This document shows, piece after piece, positions 1 through 9,644 of a stretch of DNA of 64,000 nucleotides (positions are counted from its first letter, which is position 1; every line of letters begins with the position of its first letter). Both the position numbers and the translations under genes were made by a program. Source of the DNA: an uncultured archaeon (GTDB lineage: Archaea; Asgardarchaeota; Thorarchaeia; Thorarchaeales; Thorarchaeaceae); NCBI GenBank assembly GCA_964558645.1, contig CAZLEV010000006.1, positions 96,001 to 160,000 on the forward strand, in the 5' to 3' direction. The notes under the pieces are model-generated. The model searched no databases, was not told the origin of the DNA, and worked only from the letters and a program-made list of their open reading frames with translations.

Positions 1-41
1 CGTTACCGACGACTCTATAAGATAGATACAGAATCGGCCAA

Positions 42-659
42 CTATAGCCATTCGATCTGGTCAAGGTATGGGCTGAGGCCGCGTGAAACCTTGGTCTTTG
101 TCTTGAATTTGGTGTCTGCAGTGAGTTTGATGTCTGGGTCCAAGTCGAGCGTTCTGAGATTCGAGCAACGGAATAGTGCCGAAACATCCATTTCGCTTAT
201 GTCGTTCTTGGTTAGGGTCAACGTACGGAGTTTTCGGCAATTCTTTAGGGGTGAAAGGTCAATGTTACTCAGCCTGTTTTCGTAGAGGTGCAGAGACCTG
301 AGATTCTTACAGGCAGACAGCGGCTTCAAGTCTATTTCTCTGAGTCGATTGAAGGAGAGTCCTAAGTATGTGAGGTCAGGACATGCTCTCAGAGGTCCCA
401 GGTCAATTGCAATGAGCTCGTTTCCGCCCAGAGAGAGCTCCACCAGTGATGGGCACTGCTCGAGAACAGAGAGGTCGATACTCTCAAGCTCATTCCCGGA
501 CAGGGTGAGAACCTCGAGATTCGGAAACTCTTCTAGCGGCGACAGGTCAGTCGAACCAATCCGTTTGTCATTCAAGTCAACTACAGTAGTGCTTGGGTCG
601 AATCGTTCGACCACCTTTCCACCCTTTTTGGTTTCGCTCCAGATAGTAATCTCGTCCAT
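42..659 (-). CDS. Leucine-rich repeat protein
   Basis: Tandem 22-aa repeats LxxLxLSxNxLxxIDLxPLxxC; start probably MDEIT at 659 (ORF open to 719). Confidence 0.9.
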   Translation of the reverse strand: MDEITIWSETKKGGKVVERFDPSTTVVDLNDKRIGSTDLSPLEEFPNLEVLTLSGNELESIDLSVLEQCPSLVELSLGGNELIAIDLGPLRACPDLTYLGLSFNRLREIDLKPLSACKNLRSLHLYENRLSNIDLSPLKNCRKLRTLTLTKNDISEMDVSALFRCSNLRTLDLDPDIKLTADTKFKTKTKVSRGLSPYLDQIEWL

Positions 660-842
660 GTGTGCCATGTCCCGGAGAGTGGTTAGAGCGCCTCCTAATA
701 AAGTGACGGCACCAACCAAGACGATTCCAATGACTCATTACTCAATGGAAGAGCAGATCGATTACTCTATAGCACTTCGTCTACGTCTTTCCTCTCAGCC
801 GGGAGGTGTAATGCGATTCTCAGCTGGACGCTTCTCTGTGGA

Positions 843-1064
843 CTACTTGACCGCACCCACTATCAAGAGGATGACTCCAAGCCCTGTGAGTCCCAGCATC
901 ACCTCAGTGAAGTTGTATCCTGCTAGAGCGATGGAGTAGATGCCTTGATCGAAGTAGACGAGTATTGCACTCAGGTCCACGTATGCTGTGAGAAATGTAG
1001 CCCATATCGGTAGTAGTCCTGCTACAATCAGTAGCAGACCCAGAATAGCTAAGCCTTTACCCAT
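843..1064 (-). CDS. Small membrane protein (2 TM)
   Basis: 73 aa with two hydrophobic helices. Confidence 0.7.
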   Translation of the reverse strand: MGKGLAILGLLLIVAGLLPIWATFLTAYVDLSAILVYFDQGIYSIALAGYNFTEVMLGLTGLGVILLIVGAVK

Positions 1065-1189
1065 GTTCAGTCCTCAGTTTCGTTTCGTACTCTGTGTACA
1101 AACACCTATATCAGCTGTTTGGATTTTCAACGACCAATTGGAGTTGGGCTCTCAGAGTTGTGACCGAATGTTTGTATCAAGATAGCAAT

Positions 1190-1198
1190 CTTAATATT
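1190..1198 (+). promoter_or_regulatory. Putative TATA box of tRNA-Asn
   Basis: CTTAATATT about 30 nt upstream of the tRNA 5' end. Confidence 0.45.
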
Positions 1199-1226
1199 GA
1201 ATCCGTGGCCGTTCTCCGTTGCACTT

Positions 1227-1422
1227 GCCGCCGTGGCTCAGTCGGTAGTTGTTGTTCCTCTTGAGGAGCAGCAGCTGAAAGCGACAACCCTTTGCACTTC
1301 GCAAGGGTTCGCTCAAGCCTGTTACCTTTCGGTCAGGTGGCCGAGAGCCAGACAGTTGTAGTGCATCACGCTTCGTGATGCGTGACGTATGGTCCCAGGT
1401 TCAAACCCTGGCGGCGGCGCCA
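1227..1422 (+). tRNA. tRNA-Asn(GTT) with four introns (approx. 1249-1279, 1286-1315, 1325-1353, 1360-1389)
   Basis: Acceptor GCCGCCG/CGGCGGC + G73 + CCA; T arm CCAGG-TTCAAAC-CCTGG. Removing four hairpin inserts (31+30+29+30 nt) gives a 76-nt cloverleaf with anticodon loop CTGTTAA. Confidence 0.9.
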
Positions 1423-1607
1423 CGTACATCAGTTCTTTTCAGTCCAATCGGTCTGCATCAGTATCCTGCAATCATGCACAAAGAAAGTGAGCCCACCATT
1501 CCCCTTCAGGGGATCGGCTGAAAGGGCCATCCAAGCGTGTTCTGGTACAGTAGAAGTGTTCCGTGAAGTACGAGGACCAGAACGATAACAGAGAGGAAGA
1601 TGTCAAG

Positions 1608-2198
1608 CTAGGGCCGTTCCTTGACGGGTGAGGGGCGGAGGAATCCGGTTCTCTGCATATACTCCGCATACTTCTCATTCTGAGTCCTGAGCAGATACTG
1701 CTCCTCCGCCACGGCAAGAAGGACATATGCAAGCAGCTCGGCATACCAGACAGAGATGGTCACTCCGCCGCTCCAGTAGCTCTTCGCATAAGGTAGTGTG
1801 CCGATCCATATACTTCGTGTTGTGAGTGTCAGGGTGAACAAGAGCACACCGAGATACTGTGGATGACGCACGAACCTGTATGGCCCCATCCTCACAAGAC
1901 CGAGTTCTCTATTCGTCCTGAGATAGGCAATGGAATAGGTCCAGAGAGAGAATCCAAACAGTGCCAAGATGACCTCAAGAAGAAATCCACCTAAGATGAG
2001 ATATATCAAGAAGAACGGGAGCGCGAGCAGTCCAACTGGAGCGGTGGTGGCAATGCCGACCAGAAAGACTAGGAAGGGCATGACCATGAGCCCAGCGTAG
2101 CCGAAGGGTATCGACTGAAAGAGAGGGACTATGTATCCCGTGCCGTCTAGGAATCTCTTCGGGATTCTCTGCCTTAGAGTTGGAGAAGTGTCTTCCAT
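1608..2198 (-). CDS. ICMT/PEMT-like membrane methyltransferase family protein
   Basis: GPYRFVRHPQY motif, C-terminal EEqyL..Y.eY pattern, several TM helices. Confidence 0.8.
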   Translation of the reverse strand: MEDTSPTLRQRIPKRFLDGTGYIVPLFQSIPFGYAGLMVMPFLVFLVGIATTAPVGLLALPFFLIYLILGGFLLEVILALFGFSLWTYSIAYLRTNRELGLVRMGPYRFVRHPQYLGVLLFTLTLTTRSIWIGTLPYAKSYWSGGVTISVWYAELLAYVLLAVAEEQYLLRTQNEKYAEYMQRTGFLRPSPVKERP

Positions 2199-2393
2199 TC
2201 AGTCATCATCCCCATTCCTATCTTCACTGAGGAATAGATGCAGAGCCATTTAACCATATAGTGCAGTACTGTGTGGATGCAAGAGGTGTTTGGAACACGT
2301 GTTCCAATTTCATTAGGCAATGTGGTGTTCGGACTATGTTGACACCCCAATGTCCAAAAGGGCCTCTTCAATATAGTTTACTGAGAGATACCT

Positions 2394-2597
2394 GTGAGTG
2401 TAGCAAAAGTAATCGAGCTTATCGGTCAGTCAGAGAAGAGTTTTGATGATGCTATCGAGAATGCACTGGAGATTGCATCTGAGTCGATCAGAAACATCCA
2501 TGGTCTCGATGTGCTCGATCTGACTGCTGATGTTGAAAATGGGAAGATTGTCAAATACAGAGCAAACGTGAAGGTAGCCTTCCGTTACGAGGAATAA
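2394..2597 (+). CDS. Dodecin family flavin-binding protein
   Basis: 67 aa; KVIELIGQSEKSFDDAIENAL...YRANVKVAF. Confidence 0.9.
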   Translation: MSVAKVIELIGQSEKSFDDAIENALEIASESIRNIHGLDVLDLTADVENGKIVKYRANVKVAFRYEE

Positions 2598-2607
2598 ACA
2601 ACTCATA

Positions 2608-2643
2608 GAGGGCCGTTCGGCCCTCGTTCCCATCTCTTTTTTT
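2608..2643 (+). terminator. Hairpin + T-tract after dodecin
   Basis: GAGGGCCG-TT-CGGCCCTC followed by T7 at 2637-2643. Confidence 0.6.
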
Positions 2644-2800
2644 CGACTCGCCAACCGTAATCGATGTCACCCCCTACAGCAGTGAGAGCCTGTAGGATCA
2701 AGACCCAGCAGGATTCTGTCGCTCTTCCGTCATGAGAGCGGTCATCTGGGAGAGTACAGACTGATAATGCTGAAAAGAGCAGGCCCGGCTCTGGAGAGGT

Positions 2801-3421
2801 ATGGCGCACCGCGATGATGAACGGGTCCACATGGACGTTTGGTGTCCGTTAATTCCACCCCAAGACTTCTCGAAGCTGGAAGGGTATGAGGGGGAATTGA
2901 ACAAGGTCAGCAACGCCTATGATGACTGGCAGGCCTTCATGCGTGGTAAGCCCTTCATTGAAACAGACGTTGGTGTTCTCTTAGACCGTATCAGGATGCT
3001 CATGATTGGGATAGGTGTCGCCTGTGCTCAAGACCGAGATCTCGCAGAGGTTGTTCAGTCCATCCTTTCACATAATCTACGGAAGACGGCCATCGAGCTG
3101 GTAGAGAGGGTGTCAGATACAGGCCAGTACGATGGCCGAATCAAGGGGATTCTGACCAATTTCTTCTCTACAATCAAGTTCACTCGAGACCTCTATCCCC
3201 GTGAAGAGATAGAGAGGGCAATGGCGAATCATAGAGAGGAACAGAGGGGTGGCACACTGCTCTCGTCATTGAAGAAAGCAGCTGCCGAGGCTCGAAAGAA
3301 CAAGGACGATGCCGATAGTGAAAGGGAACCGGTCATACAGGCTGCACTATCTGAAGCTGCGAGTGTGGCAAAACGGATTTACCTACGTCTTCTCAGCCCC
3401 GATCCGTGGGGCATTCAATAG
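2801..3421 (+). CDS. Hypothetical helical protein
   Basis: 206-aa ORF with GGAGAGGT RBS upstream; no motif recognised. Confidence 0.7.
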   Translation: MAHRDDERVHMDVWCPLIPPQDFSKLEGYEGELNKVSNAYDDWQAFMRGKPFIETDVGVLLDRIRMLMIGIGVACAQDRDLAEVVQSILSHNLRKTAIELVERVSDTGQYDGRIKGILTNFFSTIKFTRDLYPREEIERAMANHREEQRGGTLLSSLKKAAAEARKNKDDADSEREPVIQAALSEAASVAKRIYLRLLSPDPWGIQ

Positions 3422-3425
3422 GATT

Positions 3426-4010
3426 TCATCCAATCCGCCTGATGCCAGCCGATGTCCTGATGAAGCGCGAGACTGATTTTTCTACACGCTTCCAGTCTGA
3501 AACAAAGAGGATGACCGATACCTTCTCTTGACTAATATATAGTTCAATGAAGCTGGCCTCTTTTCTACCTCCTCTACCTCCTGTGGCACCAGTGATGGTC
3601 CCGGGATTGAGTAAGAGGCGACTCTTGTAGAGATCAATGGAGGGGTCATGAGTGTGGCCATGAATAGCAATATCCGCTCCGACGTTCTGAGCTATCTCCC
3701 AGAGCTCGGATATGTTTCCGCGAGGACTCAATTGAGTGCCATGAAGAAGAAGAATATGGAACTCTTCGATATCCATGGTCTTCTGGAAGTCATGCCCACC
3801 ACCAAAGTCCATGTTGCCTTGGACCATATGACTCGGAGGGAGGGGCGGAAGACTGTCGCGCATCGCCTGTTCTTGGACTAAGTCGCCCGTTATCAGGGCT
3901 AGACTGTAGTCCGTATCCTCGATGTGAGAGTAGAATTCCTCAGGAATTGAAGTGGCCCTGGTGGGAATGTGTGTGTCCCCAAATACTAAGAGTTTCTTCA
4001 ACTCAGCCAT
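3426..4010 (-). CDS. Metallophosphoesterase, YfcE/MJ0936/Vps29 family
   Basis: GDTHIP, TGD, GNMD, HG, HGHTH and NPG motifs. Confidence 0.9.
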   Translation of the reverse strand: MAELKKLLVFGDTHIPTRATSIPEEFYSHIEDTDYSLALITGDLVQEQAMRDSLPPLPPSHMVQGNMDFGGGHDFQKTMDIEEFHILLLHGTQLSPRGNISELWEIAQNVGADIAIHGHTHDPSIDLYKSRLLLNPGTITGATGGRGGRKEASFIELYISQEKVSVILFVSDWKRVEKSVSRFIRTSAGIRRIG

Positions 4011-4013
4011 GCC

Positions 4014-6206
4014 TCATGAGGACTTTCGCGCCTCAGTAAGATGATCAAGTATCTTCGTGAAGACCTCTCTCTTGGGGCCTTTAGCCAGTTTGGCAAGGCG
4101 CTCTACTATGAGTTCAGGGGTGCTTCTTGCCAAATATCCAAACCTCGGCGTTCGGTCCACTATCAGCTCAAGTTCCTCGTTCAAACCCTTGGCCTCAATA
4201 CCATCAATCCGAACAGGAACCTGAGTGACCTCCTTTATCTCGCGAGCAAGATGACTACAGATGACTGTTGCACTGTTTGGGTCGTCTTGGAGAATCTCGA
4301 TGAGTCCTGCAATCACATTGGCCGCACTGCCTGGTTCTGTGATAGCCTCTACCTCGTCGAAGAGTACTAGTTTTGACTTATCCGATACTACAATGTCAGC
4401 AAATTGCTCCAACGTTGTTTCAAAGGCTCCTGCATTCACCATTCCCTTACTCTTGTAGAAGAAGAAGAGTTCCTCAAAGACTCTCAGATGTACTTCTTCA
4501 GCAGGGACAGGGAGGCCGGTCTGTGCCATAGTGACTATCTGTGCAAGTGTCTGAATCGTGGTGGTCTTGCCACCGCTATTTGCTCCCGAGAGGATCGCAC
4601 AGTTCTCACCATTGGTACCCTCAGGTCGAATGGGTGTGACTCCAATGGCATAGTCGATAGGCTGAACCGGGCCATGTTTGCCCTTCAGCATGCTCTCAAC
4701 TAGAAAGAGATTACGCGCGTTCTTGACACCTACGCCTGAGTACCCCAATGAGATGTCAGGAATATGAAGATCATATTCTCTGGCAAACGAACCAACTGCT
4801 AGGAACAGGTCGAACTCAAGCAGCGTCTGGACCGCCTCGTCAACCGGATCTTTCAGCTGGTCCAGCTCCCCCGCTATTTTCTTGATGATTCTGAACTGTT
4901 TCTCAGCAAAGAGACGCCTGAGGCGGTCTTCTAGCTCGTTGATTCGGGTAGCAACCATCTGGACAGGAAGTGAAATCTCTTCGCTGATTATGCCCGTTAC
5001 CCAGTCCGCCTCACGAGGTGTGAGCCCGAGCATATTGACTAGGCGATCTTCTGCCTCTTGGATTGTGGTCGTGAAAGTTTCCACTATCTCTGCAGGCAGC
5101 ATGTTTCTCAGTGCCCCAGCGTCTGCACCATCCATATCAGCAGACTGCAAAATACTGATAATCTGTTGCCCTCCAAGCGTCACTTCGCTACTAGATATTC
5201 TTGAGTTTATCTCATCATTTAACCAAGCTTCAATCTCTGCGATAGCGGTTGGGAATGCTTTTACTGACTTCCTAAATCGATCAAGCTCACTATTGACCCC
5301 CATAGCTATGGAACCGGATTCTTCTATGAAGTCCAGTAGCTCACTGACCTTTGTCAGACTTTCAAAGTCTATGCCATCTATGAATTGCTGGACTGTCGTG
5401 TTCGAAGGAATACTCTTGAAGATCTTGGCTATCTCACAGGCAGCATCAATGACACGATAATTCTTGGAGTAGAAACTCACTGTCTGCTCGGGGATGACAT
5501 CGCCTACCTTCCAGTCCTTGCCAAGGATTTCAACATTCTCCATTAAATCCAGCGAGTCATCATATACTCCATATGGAGAGATATACATCACAAGATCGTA
5601 ACCCTGGGCGTAATCAGTTGCACTCTCGTCTTCGGACAGAATATAGACTGGACACCATTTGTCAACTTTCTCCTCCACCAGTCTATCAAATGTCTTCTCA
5701 TCATTGGTGAGGACAACTCGGCCATCCAAGCGTTGGTGCTGTATCCTCTTGAAGAGAGCTCGCACTTGACCCAAGTTCTTTCGAAGCTGTGCTCCTTGGT
5801 CCTCCGTCAATCCTTGGGCCATCTCTGATGCATCAGCGAAATACGCTTGACGTTCTCGAATCACGTCGATCTTGTCGGGGGGGAGTGGGAAGTACAAGAC
5901 AAGCTTGTCCTTAGCATAAGTCGTGTTGGTATATCCCCGGATAATGTCCAGGATAGACTCGAAGATTCTTCGGATGTCGTGGCTTCGCATAATGGTATAC
6001 GAGTTGGCGCCAAACTCGTGTTCAAAGGCACCCTTCACAATATTGACAGCTTGACGGTCACCTATTCCCGGTACGGCAGCTACAAGGTCAACACGAGAGT
6101 CCATAATGACCTTGAGTGCAACGGCCTCATTTCCGAAGTGCTCTATGAGAGCTTGCTTCATCTTCTTGCCCACACCAGGAATGTCAGATAATCTAGATAT
6201 ACTCAC
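4014..6206 (-). CDS. Archaeal MutS-family ATPase (N-terminal HhH, MutS domain V)
   Basis: IPGVG/VPGIG HhH motifs; Walker A SGANSGGKT; GAFETTL; LFDE..AITEPG; SHL. Confidence 0.85.
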   Translation of the reverse strand: MSISRLSDIPGVGKKMKQALIEHFGNEAVALKVIMDSRVDLVAAVPGIGDRQAVNIVKGAFEHEFGANSYTIMRSHDIRRIFESILDIIRGYTNTTYAKDKLVLYFPLPPDKIDVIRERQAYFADASEMAQGLTEDQGAQLRKNLGQVRALFKRIQHQRLDGRVVLTNDEKTFDRLVEEKVDKWCPVYILSEDESATDYAQGYDLVMYISPYGVYDDSLDLMENVEILGKDWKVGDVIPEQTVSFYSKNYRVIDAACEIAKIFKSIPSNTTVQQFIDGIDFESLTKVSELLDFIEESGSIAMGVNSELDRFRKSVKAFPTAIAEIEAWLNDEINSRISSSEVTLGGQQIISILQSADMDGADAGALRNMLPAEIVETFTTTIQEAEDRLVNMLGLTPREADWVTGIISEEISLPVQMVATRINELEDRLRRLFAEKQFRIIKKIAGELDQLKDPVDEAVQTLLEFDLFLAVGSFAREYDLHIPDISLGYSGVGVKNARNLFLVESMLKGKHGPVQPIDYAIGVTPIRPEGTNGENCAILSGANSGGKTTTIQTLAQIVTMAQTGLPVPAEEVHLRVFEELFFFYKSKGMVNAGAFETTLEQFADIVVSDKSKLVLFDEVEAITEPGSAANVIAGLIEILQDDPNSATVICSHLAREIKEVTQVPVRIDGIEAKGLNEELELIVDRTPRFGYLARSTPELIVERLAKLAKGPKREVFTKILDHLTEARKSS

Positions 6207-6313
6207 TCTAAGTTCCCCTGTAGCTAGGCTGTCTTTTGCATTCGTGATGCTTGTCCTAAAAACATTGACTCTCGGTCAAATGGAGAGAGCAGCATGCGCT
6301 CATTCTTTTCTGG

Positions 6314-7300
6314 TTAGTATCCAAGATCGAGATCAACGATGTTTAACGGCTTCTCACCACGAATAAATCGTAGAAGATTCTTCCCTACGAATCTAATCTG
6401 GTCATGCATTATATGCTCCGAGTAAGCGGCCCTATGTGGGGAAACCACAATGTTATCTAGTTCATGAAAAGGGAAGTGCTTAGAGGGAAGAACACCTGAC
6501 CCACCCCACTCTCGAGGGTAATCCCACCAGACATCTAGAGCGGCACCACGTATTCGCTTCTCGTCTAGGGCATGAAAGAGTGATTCTTCATCAACGATGT
6601 GTGCTCTTGAAACGTTCACCAATACTGATGTCTTCTTCATCCACGACAGAAACTCATCATCCACCAGTCCGTGGGTTTCTTGAGTTAGAGGCAGGGCTAG
6701 AAACACAAAGTCTGAATCCGATACTGCCTGTGCTAGCTTTTCAGGGCCAAGCATCTTATCCACTAGATGTGCATGTGGCGAATGACCAGACCGTGTCACA
6801 GCTTCCAAGTGGACACTGAAGCATCGAAGGCGTTTCGCCAGTTCAGAACCTACACTTCCTAGCCCAACGATTAGCGCTCGCTTGTGTCGAATCTCGACAT
6901 TGGGACTGGGACCTCCCCAACCATATCTCCAGTTACCTCTGCGCAGCTCCCTGTCATTTACGATGATATTCTTTGCGACAGCAAGGAGAAGCATGAGTGC
7001 ATACTCTGCGACCTCTGCAGCATTGACATGAGAATTGCACACGAAAACGTCACCTCGTTCACGCACTGCATCAAGATCTATCTTGTCGATGCCGGCTCCA
7101 AACGCTTGTATCATCCTGAGTTGCTCAGCACGTTGTATGTACTCCCTTGGGACGCGACCTGAAGCGACAGCAATGGCATCAGGCCCCTTCTTGAGCATAT
7201 CCTCAGCCGTACGTTCGGATTGCACAATCTCAGCCTGTGACCCGATTGTGTCTCGAATCTGTTCTACTATGTCATCGCCATACGGGACCAATATCTTCAT
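6314..7300 (-). CDS. D-isomer-specific 2-hydroxyacid dehydrogenase
   Basis: GAGIDKID, VAEYA, GLGSVG, VNVSRA, LDVW, SPHRA; start MKILV. Confidence 0.9.
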   Translation of the reverse strand: MKILVPYGDDIVEQIRDTIGSQAEIVQSERTAEDMLKKGPDAIAVASGRVPREYIQRAEQLRMIQAFGAGIDKIDLDAVRERGDVFVCNSHVNAAEVAEYALMLLLAVAKNIIVNDRELRRGNWRYGWGGPSPNVEIRHKRALIVGLGSVGSELAKRLRCFSVHLEAVTRSGHSPHAHLVDKMLGPEKLAQAVSDSDFVFLALPLTQETHGLVDDEFLSWMKKTSVLVNVSRAHIVDEESLFHALDEKRIRGAALDVWWDYPREWGGSGVLPSKHFPFHELDNIVVSPHRAAYSEHIMHDQIRFVGKNLLRFIRGEKPLNIVDLDLGY

Positions 7301-7388
7301 CGTGGAACTCTCCCAAACTCCTGAGAGATTAGCCAAGACCGGTGATAAATGACTACTAAGATGGGGCACAGAGCCGTTCCTCTCGCTG

Positions 7389-8870
7389 CTAGTACGATCT
7401 CGCCACATAGACGATGGCTTTAGCCGACTTCCCGCATACAACACAGACGCCGTCAGCCTTATCATCTACGTCAATTCGGGTGCCGAGGACATCTCCAGCG
7501 GTCTTGTCCTTTATCTCTTCGGCGCAGTGAAGACCATCCATATCGGTGCTGCAGAATTGGAGTCTTGCAATCTTGCCATCTTCCATTGCATCTTGAATCC
7601 CGCCAATTGTTTCTATATCCACAACAAGATTCTCGAATTTCGACTCGGCTTGAGAACGAAGCGTCTTATCAATCTCAGCACCAAGTTCTTCGGTGAAAGA
7701 TACTACTCTGTCCAAAGGAATGGTTTCTCGTTCAAGGAGGTCTCGCCGAAAGACAGCCACTTTCTTCTGCTTTACCTCCCTAGGACCCACTTCCATTCGT
7801 ATCGGAACCCCCTTCATCTCCCAGTAGTTGTATTTCCAGCCCGGTGTAGAATCATCATCGTCAAGATGAACGCGGATACCAGCGGCGGATAGAGTGCCCT
7901 CCAATTCTCTACAATAGTCCAGCACCTCGTCTATGTCATCACCTCTAAAGATGGGCACAATAACGACTTGGTAAGGGGCGAGCCGATAGGGCAGTCTAAG
8001 GCCCCGGTTGTCCCCATGAATCGAAATCATGGCGCCGTAAATTCGTGATATTGCAGGACCGTAACAGGTCTGCCAAGCATATACAGGCTCATTGTTCTCA
8101 TCCACATACTTCACGTCGAAAGCACGAGCGAAGTTGTCGCCCAAGTCGTGTGTGGATGGAAGCTGGATGACCTTTCCGTCAGGCATGAGTGTGTCTGCCG
8201 CATATGTATTCAGTCCACCAGGGAATTTGTCCCATTGGGTTCTCTTGAACACCATCACGGGGATTCCATAGTACTCTGTCACAACCTCCTTGGTGGTTTC
8301 GAGGTCTTCCATGACCTGTGCCTTTGCCTCTTCATGGGTCGCAAAGACATTATGAGACTCTATCCAGAGGAACTCTCTCCCTCTGAGAAACGGACGGGTA
8401 CTCTTTACCTCGGAACGAAAGACGCTGCATCGCTGATAGCGTTTCATGGGCAAGTCGCGCCAGCTTCGAACCCATAGGGAATACATCGGATATATTGCAG
8501 TCTCGCTGGTTGGCCTTAGGGCCAGCCGCTCCTCTAGTTCTTCCTGATCCCCGATTTCACTGATCCAAAATACCTGTGGGGTGAATCCTTCAACGTGGTC
8601 AGCCTCTCGTGTAAGATTGCTCTCAGGAATCACAGTGGGAAATATCATGGGTTGGTGACCTTTTCGATGGAGCACTGACTCGAGGAGGTCAAACATGATC
8701 TCCATCGAAATAACGCTCCAGGGCATGAAGGGTGTAAACCCTTTCACACCATACCTGATATCAGCCAGTTCCGCGGATTTGCAAATCTCTCCAAACCAGT
8801 TCGGGAAGTCTTCGGTCTTGTCGATGTCGAATATGACCTGTCTTGAGTCGTTCTTGTCATCATCGTTCAT
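7389..8870 (-). CDS. proS: Prolyl-tRNA synthetase (archaeal/eukaryotic type)
   Basis: LRPTSET, FLRGREFLW, HGDNRGL, PGWKYNYWEMKGVP, C-terminal ARSY. Confidence 0.97.
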   Translation of the reverse strand: MNDDDKNDSRQVIFDIDKTEDFPNWFGEICKSAELADIRYGVKGFTPFMPWSVISMEIMFDLLESVLHRKGHQPMIFPTVIPESNLTREADHVEGFTPQVFWISEIGDQEELEERLALRPTSETAIYPMYSLWVRSWRDLPMKRYQRCSVFRSEVKSTRPFLRGREFLWIESHNVFATHEEAKAQVMEDLETTKEVVTEYYGIPVMVFKRTQWDKFPGGLNTYAADTLMPDGKVIQLPSTHDLGDNFARAFDVKYVDENNEPVYAWQTCYGPAISRIYGAMISIHGDNRGLRLPYRLAPYQVVIVPIFRGDDIDEVLDYCRELEGTLSAAGIRVHLDDDDSTPGWKYNYWEMKGVPIRMEVGPREVKQKKVAVFRRDLLERETIPLDRVVSFTEELGAEIDKTLRSQAESKFENLVVDIETIGGIQDAMEDGKIARLQFCSTDMDGLHCAEEIKDKTAGDVLGTRIDVDDKADGVCVVCGKSAKAIVYVARSY

Positions 8871-9023
8871 TCTATCATCCTCACAGATTTGCTAGAAGCG
8901 GAGAACAGACTGGAATACAGAAGGAGTCTATTGGAGGGGTGGAACGTATTCACCTTGTGTCATTGTGCATTCTCCAACTTGTGCATCGATATGTACGCCT
9001 TATAAACTGTAGCTTACTAGTAG

Positions 9024-9545
9024 TCATCGCTTTGTCGTGACCTCACCTACTTCTCGGATTCTTTCATCAAGTTTCCAGTCCTTGATCAGCTTGACAACAA
9101 CTGGTGGAACAAGATGCTCCCAATCACCGCCCTTTCGTATCACACTACGGATGTGGCTTCCGCTGTAGGTCTTTCGTTTGAGAAGATCGGTTTCGTCAAT
9201 TTCTATGCCTGCATCCTTGAAGAGGCTTCTTACAAGGGGATTGTGCGTGTATGCCAGATCGAAGGGTGGCACGTAACTCCTCAAGTGAGATACCCAGAGG
9301 GGATGGATGTGAATGTCTGAGAGAGGAATGATATCAATGCGGTCTAACGGAAGACTCTCAGCAATCAGGGCCCTCTTGATGAGGTGGACTCGTTCACCAC
9401 CACTGAATGGGTTGTCTGGCGTGTGCGAATACTGTGAGCTACCGATGACTATTATCAGGTCCTGTTCCTTATCGAGAATCTGAGTTATGGTATGGAGATG
9501 GCCCTTATGGATGGGTTGGAATCTCCCTATGAAGACAGATCGCAT
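9024..9545 (-). CDS. nadM: Nicotinamide-nucleotide adenylyltransferase
   Basis: FIGRFQPIHKGH, GSSQ.SHT..NPFSGGER, SGSHIR. Confidence 0.92.
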   Translation of the reverse strand: MRSVFIGRFQPIHKGHLHTITQILDKEQDLIIVIGSSQYSHTPDNPFSGGERVHLIKRALIAESLPLDRIDIIPLSDIHIHPLWVSHLRSYVPPFDLAYTHNPLVRSLFKDAGIEIDETDLLKRKTYSGSHIRSVIRKGGDWEHLVPPVVVKLIKDWKLDERIREVGEVTTKR

Positions 9546-9644
9546 ATTGACCACATAATGCTGAGGCTTGTACCACATAAGCATTCTGAAGCCATGTCTT
9601 AGTAATCCATGAAAGGGCTTAACTGTATCTCGACCGGTTTAATC

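Noticed and set aside
349-939. Long antisense or alternative-frame ORFs (e.g. 349-939, 4882-5460, 23647-24399, 38324-38962)
   Set aside because: Shadows of well-supported genes on the opposite strand, with no recognisable motifs
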